Below are positions 1 to 11,935 of a DNA stretch of 62,203 bases, piece after piece. Position 1 is the stretch's first letter. Each line of letters begins with the position of its first letter. The notes beneath the pieces were generated by a model that did not search any database, was not told the DNA's origin, and worked only from the letters and a program-made list of their open reading frames with translations. The stretch is from Psammoneis japonica (taxonomy: Eukaryota): positions 1 to 62,203 of the forward strand of contig QPGO01000310.1 in NCBI GenBank assembly GCA_008632985.1. The letters run 5' to 3'. The position numbers were made by a program, and so were the translations under genes.

Positions 1-22
1 GCCCTCTCTTTTACTTCTACAG

Positions 23-517
23 AGATATCGACAAAGTCAAATTGACTCGCGTTCCAGAGTTCGTCAGTCTTGTCAACTTTCCTAACCACATGTCCAGAAA
101 CAGTCGGTAAATCTCCCGGATGGCATGCGTTGTTGCGTCATGTGCGGTCAGGCCTGCCCGTGTTCGGCCGGCAACAAAAAGAAGGACAAGAGGAACAAGG
201 AGGGAGGTCTCGCACCACGCAACAACAACAGTCAGGATGCTAAAGAGAAGCAAAACAGTGGCTACGCCATTATCCCTACTCAAAACAAGGGACTATGCAC
301 CAATTGCGACGTGAACGTGTGGGTGGTGACACAATCTGGATTGGAAATCAAGTGGTGTAAAGGCTGCAAGAACTTTCGCCCGTGGGCGGCCTTTGGTGAT
401 AAGGGTCTCGCCACCAAGTGTCTGCGTTGTCGCGAACGTCAGCGTGAAAAGTATGCCTTGCAAAAGGAGGAAAAGGAGAGGAAGCGGCTGTTGGCGAAGG
501 GCGCGATCACGGCATAG
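23..517 (+). CDS. Last exon of Cys-rich zinc-finger-like protein, upstream copy (5' part outside window; 1-bp deletion near 95)
   Basis: Acceptor ctacag at 17-22. Otherwise identical to exon 1898-2393 (CCVMCGQACPC...KWCKGCKNF...KCLRCRERQREKY). Confidence 0.65.
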
Positions 518-1049
518 ATTAATAAATGCTCTGTCGGTATTTAGTTCATGGGGGGAAAGAGCAACACGTTGAATTATGGTTAAGGAATTGTTGTGTTTTG
601 CTCTCGCGATGCACGAAAAGCGTAAATTAAAAACTACACATTTAGGGCTCGAAATGAATAGTACAGTAGTCGTATGGTATGGTGCCATGTGTTCAAGGCA
701 AGACTGCGATGAGCTGCTCTGCCGATGAGAAAGGATGTATTCTTTGGGATCGCGTCAGTACGAAGGAATTCATCCGAACGCAATGTAGAGATACCTTCTC
801 TACTAGCTGCTAGAGTAGCTAGCTCATTAGCTCTAGCAAGCTAGCGCGCAACACCCTTTTGGTACAAAACATCCAGAGCAAGTTGTTTTCTTTCAAACAT
901 GCAATGAAAAATTTTAAGGTCTGAATCATCAACAGAGTTGCTGCAAGAGAGTTGGTGGAAAGCCACTTTTGGCTGTGCTTGCAGCAGAAAGGGGTTGCAT
1001 GGAGGACACGGTAAAACCACTCTTCTCCAGTGGTGCCATGTCAGAAGTG

Positions 1050-2393
1050 CGCGTTTGGGATGGCTACTGGAGTTCTCTCGCCTACTTCGGACCTTGCGAT
1101 GAACATGGAAGGCGGAAACGTAGAGTCGACTCCGTTGCCGATGGTTCTGGGCCACGCTGCTTCTAGCGAAGAAAGAGAAAATCTTTTGAAAGCCAATTCA
1201 GTTTTCTCTATCGGCTTTCAGGATGGTTCAGGGAATCGTGGTGGTGTGGCTCAGTCGCAGTATGGTGATGCCGATCATATTCATCATCTCTTTCTGACAA
1301 ATGGAGGTAGGGGAAGTAGCTCCAAGGGCAACCAACCTTTCCGTCCACCCACTTGGTCTTCCGATTTCGTCAGGAAGCCGATGCCTCCAACACCAGTGTT
1401 TTCAGATAATCATGAAGATGGTTTTGGTCGAAGCCCCCTCAACATTGATGGGCACATGGAGTTCTTCTCCAATAATATGTTTGGGCACGGCGTGAACAAT
1501 GATCGCGTGAGGAACCTTCGAGGGTAAGTGGGCTACTACGACAGCAAATCCTTCTATTTGACGCTAACTGATGTATTCCAATGTCTTTATGTACAGTCGT
1601 GTTCAATCGGGAGGGCTTCCGATGCAACTTCAGATGCCACCACAGACAATGTCGCACCATCATAATCTGACTTCTCCCATCGGTCTTGGCGGGTCAACCG
1701 GAAAGCCTGGCATGTGGGGAAGTCTTCATAGTCCTCATCATATGCCCCAGGTTGATCTCAATTCATCCAAGAGGAAGTGCGTCCCACTGAAGCCACCCAT
1801 TCCGTCTAAATTCCAAGGGTAAGCTCTTTTTCTGAAAAAATCCTGTCGGAACTTAAGATCGATATGACTCACGGGGCCCTCTCTTTTACTTCTACAGAGA
1901 TATCGACAAAGTCAAATTGACTCGCGTTCCAGAGTTCGTCAGTCTTGTCAACTTTCCTAACCACATGTCCCAGAAACAGTCGGTAAATCTCCCGGATGGC
2001 ATGCGTTGTTGCGTCATGTGCGGTCAGGCCTGCCCGTGTTCGGCCGGCAACAAAAAGAAGGACAAGAGGAACAAGGAGGGAGGTCTCGCACCACGCAACA
2101 ACAACAGTCAGGATGCTAAAGAGAAGCAAAACAGTGGCTACGCCATTATCCCTACTCAAAACAAGGGACTATGCACCAATTGCGACGTGAACGTGTGGGT
2201 GGTGACACAATCTGGATTGGAAATCAAGTGGTGTAAAGGCTGCAAGAACTTTCGCCCGTGGGCGGCCTTTGGTGATAAGGGTCTCGCCACCAAGTGTCTG
2301 CGTTGTCGCGAACGTCAGCGTGAAAAGTATGCCTTGCAAAAGGAGGAAAAGGAGAGGAAGCGGCTGTTGGCGAAGGGCGCGATCACGGCATAG
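1050..2393 (+). CDS. 5'-truncated 3-exon gene for a low-complexity protein with a C-terminal Cys-rich zinc-binding/basic domain (putative DNA-binding protein)
   Basis: Exons 1050-1523, 1597-1818 and 1898-2393. GT-AG introns 1524-1596 (branch gctaac) and 1819-1897 join ORFs 1030, 1571 and 1917 in frame. The C-terminus has four CxxC pairs and a basic tail. Confidence 0.75.
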
Positions 2394-2749
2394 ATTAATA
2401 AATGCTCTGTCGGTATTTAGTTCATGGGGGGAAAGAGCAACACGTTGAATTATGGTTAAGGAATTGTTGTGTTTTGCTCTCGCGATGCACGAAAAGCGTA
2501 AATTAAAAACTACACATTTAGGGCTCGAAATGAATAGTACAGTAGTCGTATGGTATGGTGCCATGTGTTCAAGGCAAGACTGCGATGAGCTGCTCTGCCG
2601 ATGAGAAAGGATGTATTCTTTGGGATCGCGTCCAGTACGAAGGAATTCATCCGAACGCAATGTAGAGATACCTTCTCTACTAGCTGCTAGAGTAGCTAGC
2701 TCATTAGCTCTAGCAAGCTAGCGCGCAACACCCTTTTGGTACAAAACAT

Positions 2750-4220
2750 CCAGAGCAAGTTGTTTTCTTTCAAACATGCAATGAAAAATTTTAAGGTCTG
2801 AATCATCAACAGAGTTGCTGCAAGAGAGTTGGTGGAAAGCCACTTTTGGCTGTGCTTGCAGCAGAAAGGGGTTGCATGGAGGACACGGTAAAACCACTCT
2901 TCTCCAGTGGTGCCATGTCAGAAGTGAGTCTCAAGATTGCAAAGCACTTGCATGATTTGGGTCACATGTCCAACTTGCACTTGTCATGCACCAACATGGA
3001 ATGAAATGTGTTGACCCCATTGCTGCCATCAAGGAGAGGGACGCCCCATCCAAAAGGGCAGAGGTGGTCATTTGCAACATCATGTCATTGCAAGTTGATC
3101 TGTCTGAAGGACAAGATGAACAGAAAGCAACCAAGGGAGGACTTGTCTGTGCACCAGTTGTTTTCTTTCAAACATGCAATGAAAAAGCAAAAGGACTGAA
3201 TCATCAACAGAGTTGCTGCAAGAGAGTTGGTGGAAAGCCACTTTTGGCTGTGCTTGCAGCAGACAGGAATCACGTTCCATGCAAACAACACAACAAACAA
3301 TCGTCCATGACGAATTGCACTTGAAACCATTTCGCTCTGTCTTTTTCGTCTTGGCTCTGACAAAGCGAATAAATCTCGATGCAACGAAAGAACAAGCACG
3401 GTGCCTCAAGTCTAAACAGAAAGTGGTGACACTGTCAATGTGAACCCAAACCTGATTAGATTGTGAGCGTGTCGCTGCAGCACCACTCGATCCACATGTC
3501 TTAACCAACCACCAATTGTGACACAGCCCTCCATCCAGATTTACTCAGAATCACATGGAGGACACAGCAAAACCACTTTTTTCCAGTGGTGCCATGTCAG
3601 AAGTGAGTCAAGATTGCAAAGCACTTGCATGATTTGGGTCACATGTCCAACTTGCACTTGTCATGCACCAACATGGAATGAAATGTGTTGGCCCCATTGC
3701 TGCCATCAAGGAGAGGGACGCCCCATCCAAAAGGGCAGAGGTGGTCATGTCATTGTGGGTTGATCTGTCTGAAGGACAAGATGAACAGAAAGCAACCAAG
3801 GGAGGACTTGTCTGTGCGCCAGTTGTTTTCTTTCAAACATGCAACAAAAAAGCAAAAGGACTGAATCATTGACAGAGTTCTTGCTGCAAGAGAGTTGGTG
3901 GAAAGCCACTTTTGGCTGTGCTTGCAGCAGACAGGGATCACATGGAGGACACAGCAAAACCACTCTTTTCCAGTGGTGCTGTGTCAAAAGTGAGTCAAGA
4001 TTGCAAAACACTTGCATGATTTGGGTCACATGTCCAACTTGCACTTGTCATGCATTGACATGGAATGAAATGTGGTGACCCCATTGCCGCCATCAAGGAG
4101 AGGGATGCCCCATCCAAAAGGGCAGAGGTGGTCATTTGCAAGATCATGTCATTGTGGGTTGATCCATCTAAAGGACAAGATGAGCAGAAAGCAACCAAGG
4201 GAGGACTTGTCTGTGCACTG
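2750..4220. repeat. Diverged tandem repeat, ~390-bp unit, about 3.5 copies, with a ~280-bp interruption at ~3270-3545
   Basis: tcaagattgcaaa..acttgcatgatttgggtcacatgtcc occurs at 2931, 3608 and 3995. aagagagttggtggaaagccacttttggc occurs at ~2822, 3220 and 3888. Confidence 0.85.
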
Positions 4221-7200
4221 CATTTGGCAAAATGTGCCTGCAAGGAATGTGGAATTGAGTTTGGAGCTCAAATTGCCAGCTCATCTTGGAACTGCTGTCT
4301 CTCAGTTTGACCATGTGTGACAGACATAAAGAGCACTTGAAAAGAGCACAGTCATCATGCTTTGATGGAGCCACCACACACACCACATGTGCAAGGGTGA
4401 AGGTTGCAAAACTGGGTGCTGCTGGAGCACAGTTGCGCCAGCACTGGTGTTGTCGTTGTTCTTGAGCACCACATGTTTGAATTAAATTTCACACTGCACA
4501 AATGATTTTTGATGTCAGGGCATTCAAAGCCTTTTGTTGGCTGTGAGGATCATTGCAAGTGGGCCAGGATGGTGCAGGCTGACAAAAGCCACAAGCAGCA
4601 TTGCATGTTTGCAAGGAAGAGACAGTGCAAAAAGGCATTGTGAGCAAGAGCAGCAGCTGCACAGCTTTTTCAGAGCTTGTTGTTGAAATGAGCAGCTTTT
4701 GTGATGTCATCTTGTGTCATGTGGTGAAGCAGCTCAGCACTGGAAAGTGGGGTCACAGCCAGCCAGGAGTTTGCTCCTCATTCAGATGGACCCTTGCTGT
4801 GAAGAAATCAGCAAGATGCATCTTGTGATTGAGGACAGCTTTTGCTTTTCATTTGGCTGTCACAAAAAATCAAGGCTCTCTCACTCTCTCTTTCTCACTC
4901 TGTTTCTCTCTCTTGTGTGCTGTGCCACCAGCAACCAAGGTGCCAGGCACTGTCATCCATCTCAACTCACGTGTCAACACACATGTTTGTGTTGGAGGCA
5001 GGAGGCATGCAAAGAGAAAAACCAAGGAACAGAGAAGACACTTGTTTTGAAAGGATCCAAAGGATCCAAAATGTTGGTGTGGCACAGTTTGTCTCTGTGG
5101 TTTGTTGATTGTTGCCAAAATGTTGCTGATTTTGCAGTGGTCATGTGCAGCACCTGATGCTGGCAGGGTTGTGCTTTCAAAGCTGGCACTTGTGGTTTGC
5201 TCCTGTCTCAAGCTGGGCTCACATGCTGGTTGCATGGGCAGATGCTGCAGCTCAATGAGAGTGGAGGAGCAAGCAGGAGAGAAACAAAACAAGCAGATGC
5301 AAAAAGACGTGCAGCTGTGCCATGCAACATGTGAGTGACACTCACAGATTGGCCACAGAACAGCTCAAAAATTGTGACAAAATTGCAGTGGAACCACCCC
5401 AATGATGAGAAAGATGCCACAAAGCAGAAAAAATGACATTCAAGGTGCTTTGACAATGCTCTTCATGCCACACAGAAAAATCAGCACCACAACACTGGCA
5501 AAAATTCATGACACAATGACTGCCACCCAATCTTTGTGCTCTTGAAAAATGCAGTGGAGAAATGGAGCTGCTGTGCGCTTTGCAAATTTTGGTGCTGACA
5601 ACTGTCTGAGCATCCTCCAAGCAGCAGCAGCTTGAGCAGCAGCTGCAACTTTGCTTTTGACAATGCAAGCAACACAGTCCATCACACTTTTGTCATCATT
5701 CTCTTTGTCTTTTTTCTGTTGTGTTTTCACAAACACAATGATCATTCTCAGCCACCACCATGATTTGACTCTGCCTTCACAGTTGATTGCAAGAGCAGTG
5801 TGAGTGACTGTCTTTCTCACAGTGCTCTCTTTGGGAAATGCTTGCCAGCACTGCTGCATCTTGCTGTGTAGAGGTTTTCAGCATTGTGCTGCATTTGGTC
5901 TGGTTGTCCATCATTCTTGGGTGGTTCCCATCACTTGCTGGAACAAACTGCACCTCTTCTTCATCACGCTCAAGTCATTCCCACTGTGAGGTGCACAGAG
6001 CACTTGCTGTTCTCACATTCAAGAAAGAAGTCACTGCACATTCATGCCTTGTTGAGGTGTGTTCACAGGATCATGAGCACTGTCATCTCATTGTTCAACG
6101 TCTGTCTCTGGGTTTGAAAAATTTTGATGCAATCAACAGCAGAGGAGCAATGCCATGGCAGGATTTTGGATCTGCCAGCATTGCCTTGCATTGGATGCTC
6201 ATGCTGCTGGCTGCTGCTGTCTCTTCTTCATCAAAGCTGACTTCTTGTGTCTTTGTTGTCATTTCCAATCTCTGCAGCTGCCAGCACATTCAACATGCTC
6301 AACTCAGCAAAATGTCCCCTGATGTGAGAAGGGTTGCCATGATCAAAAACAGAGTGAGCAAGTCACATCTTGCAGAACACTCTCAGTCAGTGTGTGCAGC
6401 ATCATTTGGTGTGCAATTTTTGTCACATTGGTGCTTTGAGCAAATGCCCTGTGCCCCCTTGCTGATGGCACTTTCATTGTCAACCTGACAAAAAGGAGCT
6501 TTGTGGCAAAAGGCTCTGTCATCTGGGGCAGGTGTGGGCAGCAGCAATCCTGGAGGCTGAAGAAGGTCATCACACATGAGGTTGCCAAAGATTTTGCACA
6601 CAGCAAATGAGAGATTGTGGCCTCCATGCACGTGCACCCACTTGATGTTCTTTTGCAAGAATCACAAAAGAGATGTGGGTTTTGCTGCTGGAAGTCAATC
6701 TGTGCTCTTGTGCGTGAGTGTCTCTGTCAACAAAAAGATGATGGGGTGCATCTTCCTCATTTTTTTTTCATGAAGCAGAGTGCCCAGCAGCAAAGTGACA
6801 ATGGACACAACATGCTTTGAGGTGGGTGCTTTGCATTGTCTGCCATGACTTTCACTCACAGCCAAAGACTTTGTCACATCCCATCCTGACAACCAGGGTC
6901 ACACTCTCTTCTTTGCTCCATTTTGCTCAATGTCTGGAAGAGCCATTTTTCCAACCTGCTCATGCTTTCTTCATTTCCAAATCTGCTGACTCATCTTTAG
7001 ATGACTCAGACAGAGCAGGCATTTTCAATGTTGGTGACAAAGAACATGCATGGCTGGACATTTGTTTTTTCCTCTCAGATTCTTGAGATGATGATGTGCT
7101 TGCCAATCAAGCAAGATGCCCAGCACCAGCTTTGTGAACGTTCTTGCAACTCTTGTGCAGCAAAAAGAGGTTTGTGCGCCTCCTTTCTGTGCTGTTGGTG

Positions 7201-7700
7201 GAAATTGCACAGTGTGAATCATGTTTAAACTGAAATGGCGGTGTGTGTGGGGGGCAAGCTTGGATGCCAAGGGGTTTGTTTGCAGCACTCAGTGCAGCAG
7301 AGAGGGTGACAGATGCTCCAGAGAGCCTTGCAAATCAAGCAACTCATCCAGCAATGACCTTTTGAAAGTTTGCCCTTGCACATCATCAAAATTCCTTGTT
7401 TCTCCAACTCAACAAGAGAAACAACAAAAGATGCAGGGAAGCACAGCAGGAAGAAAAAGCAGCCAAGTTGTGCTCATCGGTCTCTGCAACTTGACGAGTC
7501 TGCCTCTTTTCGAGCCAACAACAGCCGAGTGCAAAAGGGGGAGCAACTGGTTGCTCTCTGTGGTCATTGTGAGAAGCAATGAATTTTTTTCATCGAGCAG
7601 CAGAGAAGGAGCAGCAGCCTTCACAGCCACTGAAGCAAGAAGCAAAGAGCCAAAAGATTCTCCATGGAAATGGAAGCTCATGAGCTGCTCGCTCATGCAC
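4220..7700. mobile_element. Degenerate TpA/CpG-depleted block, probably a decayed transposon or gene relic (family not recognisable)
   Basis: Only a handful of TA dinucleotides in 3.5 kb. Overlapping spurious ORFs lack Tyr. Composition matches the block carrying RT motifs. Confidence 0.45.
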
Positions 7701-7889
7701 AGATGAGTTGCTTCCTCGAGAGCCTAGAGCAGTGTACACAACAACAAAACTTCTTCCCACCGGCCGACCACCGACAGGAGAGAACCCGGAAATCGCACAC
7801 ATTCGGAGATCGGAGATCTTTCGCAGTTGATTGATGAACCGCCATGACGACGAAGACCGGCGCCGCTACATTGAAATCAACAATTTGCA

Positions 7890-8579
7890 ATGTCCCCAAA
7901 CACTCGTCCAAGAGGCTTGTTGGCCTTGCTCAATGAAGAAGTAAAGACGTTCTTTCCGTATGACCCCGATTTAATCCAACAAAGTACTCCACAATTATTC
8001 AAGCGTCATGGGCGTGCGCAAATTGTAAAGCAAGAAAATGCATTAGATACTTCTCCCAACGACGACGACGACTTGACGCTCTTTTTCTTTGCCGATACTA
8101 CTTGCAAAAATTCCATTCGGTTTCGTTCCATACTGGCGGAATTTTTACAAAGTCTCTGCAAGAATGATGATGCTGGAGTTGTAAGTTGCGTGACAATTCT
8201 CAACAGCGAGCGTAACGAAGACTTGTTTTGCAACGGAACGGGCTTTTACAAATTACCATGGCATTATGAGAATCGTACAGCACTTATAAAGTGAGTGTGC
8301 TACTCTGCTAGAGAGAGCGTGACTTTTTTGAAGCTCAACATGATTGTTGTTCATGGACTTATTTCTCTCTGTGCCTGCGTTGCCACCAGATTACTCTCGA
8401 TATCGCACGTACCTACCGTTGTGGTGGTTCGAAACAAGACGGGACAAAAGGTGACGGATTTAGGAATGCGTGCGATTGAATGCAATAGAAAATCAAATGG
8501 AAAACATTTGGTGGAACAGTGGCGACAAAACAAATCAGGCCTGACAATCCTACAACGCATCGGTTGTGTCATTACTTGA
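7890..8579 (+). CDS. Thioredoxin-fold (nucleoredoxin-like) protein without CxxC, ending in a CaaX motif
   Basis: Exons 7890-8290 and 8390-8579 with an in-frame GT-AG intron at 8291-8389. LFFFADTTCKNSIRF and ISHVPTVVVV resemble thioredoxin-like beta-strand and cis-Pro motifs. Ends in CVIT*. Confidence 0.7.
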
Positions 8580-8822
8580 ATTCCACAACGCAAAAAAAAC
8601 AATATTAAAGGGACCAAGAGGCGAGTCCACACAAAAACAAGCGCACGACGATCGAATACAGTTGGTTCATTAGCAATCACTGACGTATTGTACAATGTCC
8701 GGTGCTAAAGCTGTTAATGATGTCGCAAACTCGTTCCCATGCAAAACCCAAACACTCTCGCAAATCTTCATACTCTCCCTGTCACGACATTATATATATA
8801 TGCATTGTTCTGTTTTTTTTTT

Positions 8823-9306
8823 CTATTCCGCTTTTACCGGAGGCCCCGTCGGCACGGGTTCCACCACCATGTGACAGGCACGGTTCACGGCTGGATTTTT
8901 GGTTTCCGGCTTGACGACATACTTCATGGTGGCATAGAGGGATGCAAAAAAGGTCAAGCCACCAAGCCACCACGTCAATCCCTCTCCGGAGCTCACGTGT
9001 TGACAATCAAAATCCAAAGCCAACTCGGGAGCGACGCCATCGTCAAAGGTACAATCGTGTTGTTCCACCAACTACAGTACGAAAATGTGAGCAAAAAGAC
9101 AGGGACACAGTGAGATTCCACATTCCATATCACACAGACAATAAAATACGCACGCACACACAACGCATACATACCTTTTGTGTCGGCGCCGGAATGCGTG
9201 CAAAGGGTGGAAGCGGTGGTGTTGCTCCACCGGCACGAACGGCCGATTGTGTATAGGAACGTGTTGTGAGCGTCACAACCGAACGTCGAACAATGGATGA
9301 CGCCAT
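8823..9306 (-). CDS. NDUFB8: Mitochondrial complex I subunit NDUFB8 (ASHI)-like
   Basis: Exons 9306-9175 and 9071-8823 (intron 9174-9072, GTATGT...CTGTAG). Arg/Ser/Thr-rich presequence MASSIVRRSVV. FDDGVAPELALD followed by a single TM segment (WWLGGLTFFASL) resembles plant/algal NDUFB8. Confidence 0.75.
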
Positions 9307-9600
9307 GGCGATGTTGTTGTTTTGTTGTTGTTGTCCGTGTCGGCGAGAAATCGCGCGAGCGAATGCGCGTTCCCATCCGTACAATACGATTGTACTGGTT
9401 TTTGTGTAAGTAGTTCCCAGTATGACACATACGTAGACGATGCGAACTCACTCCGACGCAGAAATTGGAAATCAGCCAGCGAACATGCCAGCCGCATTTG
9501 CCGCATTATGTGTTTGCGTTCTCGCGGTGTCAGCGAAATAGCAGAGCCAGTGATTGTTGTGTCTCTGTCATTGACATACAATATCCATCATTGATTCACT

Positions 9601-10214
9601 ATGCCCCGAATTGAGCGTCGTCTTGCCTGTGGCTGCTCTACAGCCTTTGTTCTGTTTGTCATGGGCGCTGTAGCTCTCGTTTATGGATCGATTGATTTGG
9701 CCGACTACAGCACGCCGAGGTGTAAGTAGTGTCACGTTTCTCAATCCTGCGCTGTGAGTATTAGTATCGTTGTTACAGTGTAAGCTTATTTGCATGCCTC
9801 TTTCTATAATGTTTTCTTTAGGTGGCGTTGATGGCAAGCCTCCTCTCCGAGACTGGCTCTTTGGTACCGGGCATTTCCTTTATTGCGATTGCTTCGTCCT
9901 TTGTCATTGTCGGCAACAAGCCACTCGACAGCACCAAGATTGGCTGTTGCGACTTGGTTGCTGCCGTTTCCAACCTATTTTTGTTTGCATGGGCCATTGT
10001 GGGTGCCGTCAGTCTTGGGCGGGACGGAAAGGATTGTGAAGACATTGATCCGGCTCTGTACAGATGCTCGCTGGCGGCACTTGTGATTAATTGGATTGTG
10101 TGCTGCTGTGGTGGTTTTGTGGTTTATGAAAGCGCTGTTGGTGGTGGAAAAGGTGGCGAAGATGATGGTGAGGGTGGTGGTGATGAAGGAAACAAAAATG
10201 ATGAGAATGCTTAG
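9601..10214 (+). CDS. Small 4-TM membrane protein with an acidic Gly-rich tail (apparent +1 frameshift near 9870)
   Basis: Exon 9601-9721, intron 9722-9821. Frame reads CGVDGKPPLRDWLFGTG, then continues as ISFIAIASSF...FLFAWAIVGAV in another frame across a G-run. Confidence 0.6.
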
Positions 10215-11935
10215 AATTTAGTGTTGTGTGAGTTGAGTCTGTGGTCGATGTAATCTTATGATCAATTTCATGGGATTTGAGGCATCGGTTGGACCGTATT
10301 TGAAGTTAAAAGTCAGAGCCTCACAGATCTTGTGCTTGTAAACGTATTAGAAAGTCAGTGAACACGCCATTACATACGAAAGCATTCAGGGTTGTTAAAC
10401 CGCCGCCAGGTCTGCCACCAGAGTCGTCGTCGTTCGCCCTTTGCAAAGAAGCAAGAAGCCCCTCATCATGCCTCTTCTGCTGCACCGTGTAGAGAACCGG
10501 TCACATCGAAACAAGGATAGATCAAGCGGAAGTGCGACAGAAAGAACACCGACTCCGAGTTTCATTCATACGAAGTACAAGGAAAGCAGCAAGACAAAAA
10601 GTGTCGAGATACGGGCTGGGCGGGGTGCTGTTTACTCGTCGTGTTTTCAGCGCTGAAGTTCGGTTCTGGTGTCGTTGTTGAGCGACAACAACTCGAGCAA
10701 GATGGTCAAGAGTGTGCGTGTTTTGGAAATCACATACTCAAGCAAGGGTGTCGACAGCACTGGTAGGATTGTTGACGGAACTGTTTTCTCCTCCTACGGC
10801 GACAGCTCGGCTCACGTGTTGCGGATGATTTAATCCTGTCGAACTTTTTTATCGTATATCGGACCAAGGTTTCAATACTGTTCTCTTGTGTGTTGTGATG
10901 GCATTCATTAGCCATGCAAACGAAGCCCCGCTTGTCCTCGGTGATACTCACTCGCTTCTTTGACTTGGCGTGTTGATACATATCGTATTGGGATTATTCG
11001 CCGCCTTTTTGCAGCGACGTTTGCAATCAGTACGTTTCGTTGCTAGCCATTTGCCTACATGGACGAAATTCAAACTCCTCTCGTTTCAATGCCCTACAAG
11101 CTCACCGGCGCTTCTTCTTTTTGTTGTACCATCTTGAATTTTCACAGCAGCGTTGTAACTATGGCGTCTTACTGTGACGAGCACGTTGCTTGATGAGAAC
11201 TAAGTCTCTCAAGTGATGGAGCAGCCGAGCAAAGAGGACGCACCTCTGTATTGACTATAGGGCTAGAAGCAACCAATGAGACAAAGTGATATCCCAAGTA
11301 GTGATCCCAATCTGTACAAAGCCGCAGTTCTTCTTATAAGCCTTGAACACAACTGAGATACGAATCTGAATGTTGTGTACCTCAAGAGTCAAGATTGTCG
11401 TCTTGGCAGTATGAAATACTAACAATAGTTCTGCATTGTCTCAATAGCCTGTCGAGTCAGCAAATCCATCTCTTTGGCCGAGCTGGAGGAATGCACGGCA
11501 GAGCAGCACAGCGGACGGAAGCTGTTTTCTTACTGTCCAACTGAAAAACCTTGCCTTTGCAAAGGATACGAAAGTTTTTGTCGTCGTAAATAAATAGAAG
11601 CGATTTATCCCAGAGACGCCAGCGACAAAATAGCGCAGCGACCTTTAGCAAGCTGGGCATACGAATAGTCATTCTAGAGACTTGATGCACTCAGTACGTT
11701 ACTCCCGTCACTCTTGTAGCTCTATCACTCTCATTGCTACCGGTAGTTAGTTGCACCTCCTACGGTGTAGAGCTACAGCAGAGAGGAATCGAGACGAGGT
11801 GCATCTTGGAGGAAATCAGACAGCCTCCACAGCAGCGATTTGTTTTTGTAGGTCAAACGTTGTGTAAATGAAAGATGTAAATATCTAAATGCACTTTTAC
11901 ACCAGCTACTGCCACGCCGCGAACACAACTTTTTC

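Larger units (their letters stand above)
1..2926 (+). repeat. Near-identical tandem duplication: 1-1049 = 1876-2926 (period ~1.88 kb)
   Basis: By eye the two copies differ only by two 1-bp C deletions in the first copy (tgtccagaaa vs tgtcccagaaa; gcgtcagtac vs gcgtccagtac). The junction follows ...tgccatgtcagaagtg at 1049. Confidence 0.9.

Noticed and set aside
2931..7706. Many overlapping 60-260 aa ORFs here and in the other TA-depleted blocks
   Set aside because: Loss of TA removes TAA/TAG stops, which inflates ORFs in all six frames. The Tyr-free, Cys/His-rich composition marks them as spurious.
10441..11690. Short ORFs between the 4-TM gene and the FG-GAP gene
   Set aside because: No motifs or consistent exon structure could be supported.
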